Below, in pieces: positions 52,521 to 64,000 of a stretch of DNA of 64,000 nucleotides. The notes under the pieces were generated by a model. The model was not told the origin of the DNA, did not search any database, and worked only from the letters and a program-made list of their open reading frames with translations. Both the position numbers and the translations under genes were made by a program. The stretch lies in contig CAVVEU010000014.1 in the NCBI GenBank assembly GCA_963747235.1, forward strand, positions 64,001 to 128,000. Direction: 5' to 3'. Within the stretch, counting starts at the first letter, position 1. Each line of letters opens with the position of its first letter. The DNA comes from an uncultured Candidatus Rokubacteria bacterium. GTDB taxonomy: Bacteria > Methylomirabilota > Methylomirabilia > Rokubacteriales > CSP1-6.

Positions 52521-53707
52521 CAGGACGCCTCGTCGAGCGCGGCCACGCCCGGGAGCACGCGGCCCTCGAGGAACTCGAGGAACGCGCCGCCCGCGGTGGA
52601 GACGTAGCCGATCCGGTCCATGACGCCCGCCTGCTGCACCGCCGCGATCGTGTCGCCCCCGCCGATCACCGAGAACGCACCGGAGTTCGCGACCGCGCGC
52701 CCCACCCCGAGGGTGCCCGCCGCGAACGGCTCCTTCTCGAAGACGCCCATGGGGCCGTTCCAGATGATGGTCCGGGCGCCCTTCAGCGCGGTGGCGAACT
52801 GGGTGACCGTGGCGGGGCCGATGTCGAGGCCCATGAGGTCGTCCGGGATCTCGCGGATGGCGACGGTGCGGAGCCCGCTCACCGCGTCCACCCCCGCCGC
52901 GGCCACCACGTCGACCGGCAGCCGGAGCGGAACGCCGCGAGTGCGCGCCCGCTCCAGGATGGCGCGCGCGGCGTCCAGGCGGTCGGGCTCGAGCAGCGAG
53001 CGCCCGACGCCGTGGCCCATCGCCTTGAGGAAGGTGAACGCCATGCCGCCGCCGATCGCGAGGCCGTCCACGCGGTCGAGCAGGTGCTCGACCAGGCCCA
53101 GCTTGTCGGACACCTTGGCCCCGCCGAGCAGGGCCCAGAGCGGACGCTCGGGCCGCTCGAAGATGCGCTCGAGCGCGGCCAGCTCGCGCGCCATGAGCAA
53201 CCCCGCGGCCGCCGGCTTGAGATGGCGGGCGATGCCCTCGGTGGAGGCGTGGGCGCGATGGGCCGCCGCGAAGGCGTCGTTGACGTAGACGTCCGCCAGG
53301 CCGGCGAGCGACCGCGCGAAGGCATCGTCGTTGGCTTCCTCCTCCGCGTGAAAGCGCAGGTTCTCGAGGAGCACCACCTCACCCGGCCGGAGGGCGCGCA
53401 CGCGCTCCTCCACCTCCGGCCCCACGCAGTCCGGGAGCAGGGGCACCGGGAGGCCCAGCAGCGCTTCGATTCGCTCGGCCACCGGGCGCAGCGAGTACTT
53501 CGGATCGGGCTTGCCCTTGGGGCGCCCGAGATGGGAGGCGAGGATCAGCGCGGCGCCGCCCTTGAGGCAGCAGTCGATGGTCGGCCGCACCGCGGTGATC
53601 CGCGTGTCGTCGGTCACCCGCGCGCCCTCCAGGGGCACGTTGAAATCGGCCCGCAGGAAGACGCGCTTCCCGGACAGATCGAGCTGATCGACGACGAGCT
53701 TCGCCAC
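52520..53707 (-). CDS. pgk: Phosphoglycerate kinase
   Basis: RADFNVP, SHLGRP, LENLRF, WNGPMGVFE. Confidence 0.97.
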   Translation of the reverse strand: MAKLVVDQLDLSGKRVFLRADFNVPLEGARVTDDTRITAVRPTIDCCLKGGAALILASHLGRPKGKPDPKYSLRPVAERIEALLGLPVPLLPDCVGPEVEERVRALRPGEVVLLENLRFHAEEEANDDAFARSLAGLADVYVNDAFAAAHRAHASTEGIARHLKPAAAGLLMARELAALERIFERPERPLWALLGGAKVSDKLGLVEHLLDRVDGLAIGGGMAFTFLKAMGHGVGRSLLEPDRLDAARAILERARTRGVPLRLPVDVVAAAGVDAVSGLRTVAIREIPDDLMGLDIGPATVTQFATALKGARTIIWNGPMGVFEKEPFAAGTLGVGRAVANSGAFSVIGGGDTIAAVQQAGVMDRIGYVSTAGGAFLEFLEGRVLPGVAALDEAS

Positions 53708-53735
53708 GGATGGGGCGGCGCGGCAGCGGGCCCGG

Positions 53736-55694
<1,959 letters not shown>

Positions 55695-55700
<6 letters not shown>

Positions 55701-56729
55701 CCGGGACGTGTTCCAGCGACGGCAGGTGGGACAACGGTCGATCCAGCGGGCGTGGGCGGCGCCGCACGTCGCGCAGCGATGCGGCCATTCGATGCGATCG
55801 CTCTCCCGGAGCGCGCGCCGATACTCCTCCATCGCGTCCCGGAACTGTCCGCGCCGCTCGAGGATCGCCCCGAGGTAGGCGTGGATGAGGGGCAGCTCGG
55901 GCGCGCGCACCTCCATCTTCTGGAACTGCTCCGCGGCCTCGTCGAGCATCGCGAGCTCGAAGTAGACGCGGCCCAGCCCGAAGGCCAGCGCCAGGTTGTC
56001 GGGCTGGCGGGCGAGTGCGTCCTGGTAGAGCGAGATCATCCGCGTGGGGCGGCCCTCGGCGCGGTGGAGCTGCTCGATCCGCGACAGCACCGGCAGGGCC
56101 GGCTGCGGGCCCTCGGCCGCCCGCTCCCAGACGCGCAGCGCCTCACGCGGCTCGCCCGCCTTGAGGTGCGCCTCGCCCAGGAGCAGGGCGGCGGGCACGA
56201 AGTCGGGCTGGGCGCGCAGCGCGTCCTTCAGGTGCGAGATCGCGCCGGCGCGGTCCTCCTTCGCGAGCCGCTCCCGGCCGATCTCGTAGTGCAGGCCGGC
56301 CAGCACGGTGCCCTCCGCCGCCCGCTCCTCTCGCGGGGCCGCCTGCACCACGCGCGCCTGGATCTCGAGCGCCTCGGCGAAGCGCCCGCGCTCGATCAGC
56401 GCATCGCGTCCCGCCTGGGCGGCCCCGGGACTCGCGGGCTCGCGCGGAGCGTCGGCCAGCCCGCGGACGGGAGGGACGGGCGCACCGCGCGGCGCCGCCT
56501 CGAACGGGTCGCGCCGCGCGTAGGAGCGCGTGACGTCGCGCAGGATGCCGAGCACCAGGGCCAGGCCCGCGCCCGCGCCGAACACGACCGCGATCAGCGC
56601 CATCAGGGGGATGTCGAAGGCCCAGTCGCCGCCCAGGGCGACGTGCGCGTGACTGGGATTGATGGACGTCAGGTAGGTGACGACAATGGCGAAGAGAAGG
56701 CCGACGACGAGCCCGAAACGGATCGACAC
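55695..56729 (-). CDS. LapB/YciM-like TPR protein with LapA-like N-terminus and rubredoxin-like C-terminus
   Basis: Two N-terminal TM helices, TPRs, RCATCG...CPTCRRWNT. Confidence 0.75.
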
Positions 56730-56750
56730 GGACGGAATGGAGCGGCGGCG

Positions 56751-57116
56751 CTAACGGGCCGCGGTACGCTCTTCCTCTTCGATCGCGCGCTGGCACTCGA
56801 TGCAGTAGCGCGCGTCCGGCACCGCGTCCAGGCGCTTGTCGGCGATGGGCTCGCCGCAGCGCTCGCAGTCGCCGAACCCGCCCTCGGTGATCTTCTGCAG
56901 CGCGAGCGCGACTTCCTTCAGCCTCCGTCGCTCACCGTTGCCCAGCTCGAACAGGAACTCGCGATTGTAGGCGGAAGAGGCCTGGTCGCCCAGGTCCTTG
57001 ATCGAATCGTCTTCGGGGCCCTTCCCATAGAGGATGTTCCGGCCCACCTCCTCCTCGAGCTGGCGATGCTTCTCCTCCAGCTTCTTGCGGAGCTGAACCA
57101 AACGATCTTTCTTCAT
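56751..57116 (-). CDS. dksA: DksA/TraR C4 zinc-finger protein
   Basis: DLGDQA, CERCGEPI..RL..P.ARYCIEC. Confidence 0.85.
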   Translation of the reverse strand: MKKDRLVQLRKKLEEKHRQLEEEVGRNILYGKGPEDDSIKDLGDQASSAYNREFLFELGNGERRRLKEVALALQKITEGGFGDCERCGEPIADKRLDAVPDARYCIECQRAIEEEERTAAR

Positions 57117-57185
57117 CTCTGGCCTCCTGTCGCTTCACGCGGCGTCGCCGCTAGTCGCGCAGGCTACCATGGGGTCCCAGCCAAA

Positions 57186-57554
57186 TCAATCCCGGGCGCC
57201 CGCTCCCTCGACCGAAACGAGCGGCGCGTCACCCCACAGCCGCTCCAGCGAGTAGAAGCCGCGCGTCTCCTCGAGGAACACGTGCACCACCACGTCTCCG
57301 TAGTCGAGCAGGAGCCAGCCGCTCTCCGCGCTGCCCTCGTTGTGGCGCGGCCGCACACCCTCGGCGCGCAGCGCGCCGCGGACCGCGTCCGCGATCGTGT
57401 CGGCCTGGGGGGTGGACCGGGCGCTGCAGACGAGGAAGAAGTCGGCCACGCTCGACAGCCCCTCCAGATTCAGCACCACCAGATCGATCGCCTTCTTCTC
57501 CAGGGCCGCGCGGGCGGCCACGCGCACGACGGCGTCGGCGGACAGGATGGCCAT
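57186..57554 (-). CDS. rsfS: Ribosomal silencing factor RsfS
   Basis: WLLLDYGDVVVHVF..RGFYSLERLW. Confidence 0.95.
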   Translation of the reverse strand: MAILSADAVVRVAARAALEKKAIDLVVLNLEGLSSVADFFLVCSARSTPQADTIADAVRGALRAEGVRPRHNEGSAESGWLLLDYGDVVVHVFLEETRGFYSLERLWGDAPLVSVEGAGARD

Positions 57555-58201
57555 CAGGCCTCCGGGCGGTAGAGCCGCTGGTCTCGGATGTAGGACACCA
57601 CCGCCTCGGGCATGCGGAAGGCGAGGCTCCGGCCCTCGCGGGCGCGCCGGCGCAGGTCCGAGCCCGAGATGGGCAGGGACGCCGCGTGCAGCAGGATCGG
57701 CGCGGGGTCGTCCGACAGCTCGGCCCCCGCGGGCACGAAGCCGGCCAGGCCCAGCTCCCGCATCACCTTGAGCGCGGCGGGGGTCTCGGGGTCGAATCCC
57801 ATCCCATTGCGCGGAATCACCACCAGGCGCGCGAGGGCCGCGACGCGCCGCGGCTCGCGCCAGCTCAGCAGGTCCAGGAACGTCTCGGATCCGATGACGA
57901 GGTGCAGCCGCCCCCGATCCTGCAGCGCGGCCAGGGTGTCCACCGTGTAGGACGGGCCGCTCCGCCTGATCTCGACGTCGGAGACCTCGAAGCGCGGGTG
58001 CTCGCGGACCGCGAGCGCGGTCATCCGGTAACGATGGGCGGCGGGCGCCAGCTCGGCCGCCGGCTTGTGAGGCGGCTGCGCCGCCGGCACCAGCAGCAGG
58101 CGATCGAGGCGAAGGGCTTCGCAGACCTCGTCGGCCACGAGGAGGTGGCCGAAATGGATCGGGTTGAACGATCCCCCGAAGACGCCGACGCGCGGCTGCA
58201 G
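57554..58201 (-). CDS. nadD: Nicotinate-nucleotide adenylyltransferase (start possibly CTG at 58201)
   Basis: GVFGGSFNPIHFGHL upstream of the tracked ORF; PPHK; SYTVDTL; ISGS. Confidence 0.93.
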   Translation of the reverse strand: MQPRVGVFGGSFNPIHFGHLLVADEVCEALRLDRLLLVPAAQPPHKPAAELAPAAHRYRMTALAVREHPRFEVSDVEIRRSGPSYTVDTLAALQDRGRLHLVIGSETFLDLLSWREPRRVAALARLVVIPRNGMGFDPETPAALKVMRELGLAGFVPAGAELSDDPAPILLHAASLPISGSDLRRRAREGRSLAFRMPEAVVSYIRDQRLYRPEA

Positions 58202-58205
58202 GCGG

Positions 58206-59462
58206 CTACTCCCGGATATGCCCGTCGCCCCAGACCACGAACTTGGTGGTCGTCAGCTCGCGCACCCCGACCGGGCCCCGGGCGTGAACGCGGGACGTGG
58301 AGATGCCCATCTCGGCGCCCATCCCGAACTGGCTGCCGTCCACGAGCCGCGTCGACGCGTTGACGAGGACCGCCGCCGCATCCACCTCCTGGGTGAAGCG
58401 CCGGGCGCGCCGCAGGTCGCGCGTCACGATCGACTCGGCCAGCCCCGAGCCGTGCCGCCGGATGTGGGCGACCGCGTCCTCGAAGCTCTCGACCACCCGA
58501 ACCGCCAGGATGTAGTCGAGATACTCCGTGTCCCAGTCCGCGGGCTCGGCCGCGCGGGCGCCCGGCATCAGGGCGCGGGCCCGCTCATCCGCGCGCGTCT
58601 CCACGCCCGCCTCCGCGAGCCGGGCGGCCAGCCGCGGGAGGAAGGCGGGCGCGACGGCCGCGTGCACCAGCAGCGTCTCGAGCGAGTTGCAGACGCTGAC
58701 CCGCTGGGCCTTGGCGTTGACCGCCACCGCCACCGCCATGTCGAGATCCGCACCCTCGTCCACGTACAGGTGGCAGAGCCCCTTGTCGTGCTTGAGCACC
58801 GGGACCGTCGAGCGCTCCGCCACGAGCCGCACGAACTCCTCGCCCCCGCGCGGGATGATGAGGTCGAGGTAGCGGTCCAGCGTGAGCATCGCGAGCACCG
58901 CGGCACGGTCCGCCGTCTCCACCGCCTGGATGATCTCGGGGGGCAGGCCCGCCTTCTCGGCGGCCCGGGCCAGGATCTGGGCCAGCATGGTGTTGGACTC
59001 CAGCGCCTCGCTCCCGCCACGCAGCAACACCGCGTTGCCCGACTTGAGACAGAGGCCGGCCGCGTCCGCGGTCACGTTCGGTCGCGACTCGTAGATGAAG
59101 CCGATGACGCCCAGGGGGACGCGCACGCGCGCGATCTCGAGCCCGGAGGGCCGGCGCGAGGTCTCGACGGTCTCGCCCACCGGATCGGGGAGGCCGGCCA
59201 CGTGGCGCAGGCCCGCCGCCATCTCCTCGATGCGGCTCTCGGTGAGCGTGAGGCGATCCACGAAGGCGCGCGGGTGGCCCGCGGTGCGGGCGCGCTCCAG
59301 ATCCTGCCGGTTGGCCTCGAGGATCGCGCCCGACTTCTCCTCGAGCCCACGCGCCATCTGGGCGAGGGCCTCGTTCTTGGTCCGGCTCGGAGCCAGCGCG
59401 AGCACGCGCGCCGCCTCCTTGGCCGCCCGCGCCTTCGCCTCGACATGTGCCGCCGCGTCCAT
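58206..59462 (-). CDS. proA: Gamma-glutamyl phosphate reductase
   Basis: IYESRPNVT, SVCNSLE, GAEMGIST, HARGPVG. Confidence 0.96.
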   Translation of the reverse strand: MDAAAHVEAKARAAKEAARVLALAPSRTKNEALAQMARGLEEKSGAILEANRQDLERARTAGHPRAFVDRLTLTESRIEEMAAGLRHVAGLPDPVGETVETSRRPSGLEIARVRVPLGVIGFIYESRPNVTADAAGLCLKSGNAVLLRGGSEALESNTMLAQILARAAEKAGLPPEIIQAVETADRAAVLAMLTLDRYLDLIIPRGGEEFVRLVAERSTVPVLKHDKGLCHLYVDEGADLDMAVAVAVNAKAQRVSVCNSLETLLVHAAVAPAFLPRLAARLAEAGVETRADERARALMPGARAAEPADWDTEYLDYILAVRVVESFEDAVAHIRRHGSGLAESIVTRDLRRARRFTQEVDAAAVLVNASTRLVDGSQFGMGAEMGISTSRVHARGPVGVRELTTTKFVVWGDGHIRE

Positions 59463-59485
59463 GCTTGCCCCTCTCCTCGCTTCCA

Positions 59486-61641
<2,156 letters not shown>

Positions 61642-61902
61642 TCAGGCGGTCTGCTGCTGGGCGATGCTGATGTACTTGTCGTCGCCCTTGCGCTCGAACT
61701 TCACGTAGCCGTCGGCCTTGGCGAACAGCGTGTGGTCCACGCCCAGGCCCACGTTGGTGCCCGGCTTGAAGCGGGTCCCGCGCTGGCGGACGAGGATGCT
61801 GCCGGCGGTGACGAACTGCCCGCCGAAGCGCTTCACCCCCAGCATCTGGGGATTGGAGTCGCGACCGTTTCTCGAGCTGCCGACACCCTTCTTGTGCGCC
61901 AT
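61642..61902 (-). CDS. rpmA: 50S ribosomal protein L27
   Basis: [16 protein letters not shown]. Confidence 0.98.
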   Translation of the reverse strand: MAHKKGVGSSRNGRDSNPQMLGVKRFGGQFVTAGSILVRQRGTRFKPGTNVGLGVDHTLFAKADGYVKFERKGDDKYISIAQQQTA

Positions 61903-61905
61903 GGC

Positions 61906-62217
61906 CTAGACCTCGATCTTGGTGATGCGCACCGCGGTCATGGTCTGCCGATGCCCGCGGTGACGCCGGTAGTTCTTCCGCCGCTTGAACTTCACGACCA
62001 GGACCTTGGCGCCCCGACGCTCGGCCACCACCTCGCCGGTCACCTTGGCGGAGGCGAGAGCCTTCGAGTCGATCGTCACCTGCCCGTCCTGGTTGACCAG
62101 GAGGACCTCGGTGAACTCCACCGCGGCGCCCTTGTCCTTGCCCAGCCGCTCGACCCGGATGACCTGCCCCGGAGCGACGCGATACTGCTTGCCCCCTGTC
62201 GCGATCACCGCTTCCAT
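61906..62217 (-). CDS. rplU: 50S ribosomal protein L21
   Basis: [23 protein letters not shown]. Confidence 0.98.
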   Translation of the reverse strand: MEAVIATGGKQYRVAPGQVIRVERLGKDKGAAVEFTEVLLVNQDGQVTIDSKALASAKVTGEVVAERRGAKVLVVKFKRRKNYRRHRGHRQTMTAVRITKIEV

Positions 62218-62328
62218 GCCGACGACCTTTCCATTTCGAGAGACCAGTTTGTGAATGCCGCCCGTGGGAGCGACTATCTGACCACAAGCTCCGGCCGAAA
62301 GTCAAGCCGGACGGGGCTTTAGGCGCCC

Positions 62329-62970
62329 TCAGGCCGTCTTCATGTAGTCGCCCAGCTTCTGGCGGAGGAACAGCCGCGAGCGGTGCACGCGCGACTTCAC
62401 GGCGGGCAGGCTGATGTGCAGCGTCTCGGCGATCTCCGGGTTGGAGAGCCCCTCCACGTCGTGCAGCAGGAACGCGGTCCGGTAGTCTCCCGGCAGATCG
62501 TCGATGGCGGTGGTCAGCAGCTTGCGCAGCTCGGTCTGGAGCGCCGGCTCCTCGGTGCGCCCCGACCAGTCGCGGACCGGCTCCGCGTGCTGGCCGAGCT
62601 CGTCGAAGCCGGGCGTGAGCGCGTCCCAGGAGATCTCGTTGCGCTGGCCATGCCGGCTGCGGAGCTTCTGGTACGCCGCGTTGGCGGTGATGCGGTAGAC
62701 CCAGCTCCCGAAGGCGGACTCGCCCTTGAAGGTGTCGATCTTGCGGGCGGCCGTCCAGAGCGCGTCCTGCACCACTTCCTCCGCGTCCTGCTCGTTGCTC
62801 GTGATGCGGATGGCCAGCCGGTAGACCCGGTCGCCGTAGGTGGCGATCAGCTCTTCCGGCGCGCCGGGCTCCTGCGCGCGCAGGCGCGCCACCAGCTCGG
62901 CGTCCCGATCCACCTTCTTCGGGCCTCCCGCGGTGTCCTGATGTCCGTTCGGTGCGTGCAGCGTCGTCAT
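62329..62970 (-). CDS. ECF sigma factor
   Basis: DAEEVVQD, FGSWVYRITAN, EIAETL..AVKSRVHRSR. Confidence 0.92.
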   Translation of the reverse strand: MTTLHAPNGHQDTAGGPKKVDRDAELVARLRAQEPGAPEELIATYGDRVYRLAIRITSNEQDAEEVVQDALWTAARKIDTFKGESAFGSWVYRITANAAYQKLRSRHGQRNEISWDALTPGFDELGQHAEPVRDWSGRTEEPALQTELRKLLTTAIDDLPGDYRTAFLLHDVEGLSNPEIAETLHISLPAVKSRVHRSRLFLRQKLGDYMKTA

Positions 62971-63623
62971 GCTCGGTTCCTGTAGAGCGTGAGGTGCGCC
63001 TTCAGCTCCTCGACGCATCGTTCGATGACCGTGATGTCCCGGGTGACCTTGCCCAGGAGAATGGCGCCCTCGAGTCCGCCCACGAGGAACTGGGCCACCC
63101 GCGCGGCGTCCGCGTCCGCGCGAAGCCGGCCGCTCCGCTGGCCGCGCCGGATCGCCTCCGCGAGATGGTCGCGGTAGACGTCGAAGATGCCGGCGAGCTG
63201 CTGGCGGAAGCCCTCGTGCACGTCCGAGAGCTCGGACGCGAGATTGCCCATCGCGCAGCCGCCCACGCAGTTGCGCTGCCGCTGCGAGTCGAGCACGCGA
63301 TCGAAGAAGGCGTGGAGCTGGTCGACCGGATCGGCATCCGTGTCCGCGAAGGCGGGCCCGAGGCCCCGCTCGACAAAGGCGCGCCTGATCCGATCGATGA
63401 TCGCGTAGCCGAGGTCTTCCTTGCTCTTGAAGTAGTAGTAGAAGTTGCCCTTGCCGACCCCGCTCTCGCGCAGCACGTCGTCGAGCGAGGTGGACTGGTA
63501 GCCCTGCACGTGGATGAGACGGGACGCCGCGTTGAGGATCTGATCGCGCGTCGCGGCGCCCTTTTGGCTCTTGGTCTCGGGCTGGGCCTTGGTCTCGCTG
63601 ACTACCACGCTCTCGCTCGCCAT
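62967..63623 (-). CDS. TetR-family repressor (NemR/LmrA-like)
   Basis: HTH GVGKGNFYYYFKSKEDL; NCVGGCAMGNLASE. Confidence 0.92.
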   Translation of the reverse strand: MASESVVVSETKAQPETKSQKGAATRDQILNAASRLIHVQGYQSTSLDDVLRESGVGKGNFYYYFKSKEDLGYAIIDRIRRAFVERGLGPAFADTDADPVDQLHAFFDRVLDSQRQRNCVGGCAMGNLASELSDVHEGFRQQLAGIFDVYRDHLAEAIRRGQRSGRLRADADAARVAQFLVGGLEGAILLGKVTRDITVIERCVEELKAHLTLYRNRA

Positions 63624-63645
63624 CGTCTCGCTCCTGTTTGGGCAA

Positions 63646-63661
63646 TACCGACCAGTCGGTA
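63646..63661. promoter_or_regulatory. Palindromic operator, likely TetR autoregulatory site
   Basis: TACCGAC-ca-GTCGGTA over the predicted transcription start. Confidence 0.7.
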
Positions 63662-63665
63662 CAGA

Positions 63666-63694
63666 ATAGTAGCGGGCGAGACCCGCCTTGTCAA
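63666..63694 (-). promoter_or_regulatory. sigma70 promoter of tetR-ECF
   Basis: TTGACA-17-TACTAT. Confidence 0.8.
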
Positions 63695-63734
63695 AGAATG
63701 TATCCAGTTGTTCAGAATTAGACAGTGCTACCAG

Positions 63735-64000
63735 CTACTTACAGTCCGGCAGGGACAGCAGCTTGAGCAGGTCGGCGGTCAGGTCGTAGAGCTGAGCGCA
63801 ACCCGAGCTCCCCCCGAGCGAGGTCTGGATCCGCTTGCGGAGCAGCGCGTCAGCCGGCTGGTCGAGCAGCGACCGGATCTTGCCCTGGGGCTCGCTGCAG
63901 ATTCCCGCGTAGGGCAGCCGCGAGGTGACCGAGTCGGCGGCCACCACGGTGCCCCGGTCCAGGTCGAGCTCGTAGTGCAGGTCGAAGCCGTGCACGTTGT
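63735..64000 (-). CDS. DUF2889-like protein, 3' part
   Basis: HGFDLHY..PYAGIC..LGGSSGCAQLYDL; runs off the window. Confidence 0.6.
   Translation of the reverse strand, partial: NVHGFDLHYELDLDRGTVVAADSVTSRLPYAGICSEPQGKIRSLLDQPADALLRKRIQTSLGGSSGCAQLYDLTADLLKLLSLPDCK

Overview
High-GC (roughly 70%) bacterial chromosomal window, almost entirely transcribed on the minus strand. Gene style and repeats suggest Candidatus Rokubacteria/Methylomirabilota; this is inference only. Many essential genes carry single-base frameshifts (aspS, pccB, lpdA, nuoH, nuoD, gspD and others), most simply explained by long-read consensus errors. Content from left to right: glyQS-recO-era-ybeY-phoH-aspS-hisS; an uncharacterised envelope cluster (beta-propeller protein, exported hypothetical, porin, PilF-like TPR lipoprotein, two further proteins sharing an HPxxGxxLG FlgT-C-like domain); ispB, mutA, pccB; a lipA-nuoABCDEFGHIJK-pdhABC-lpdA-acyl-CoA dehydrogenase run with no nuoL/M/N; a serine hydrolase preceded by a peroxiredoxin that the ORF track shows only in part, with UGA at the catalytic Cys position and a SECIS-like hairpin (probable selenoprotein); DAHP synthase; tRNA-Leu(GAG); a lone T2SS secretin with a decayed T2SS remnant; a large LamG/Ig/AA5 copper-radical oxidase with a near-identical ~0.97 kb internal duplication; oppABC-secG-tpiA-pgk-gap; comF with an in-frame palindromic insertion; lapB, dksA, rsfS, nadD, proBA, obgE, rpmA, rplU; and a TetR-ECF sigma pair with a clear promoter and operator. 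No CRISPR array, rRNA, transposase or integrase was seen.
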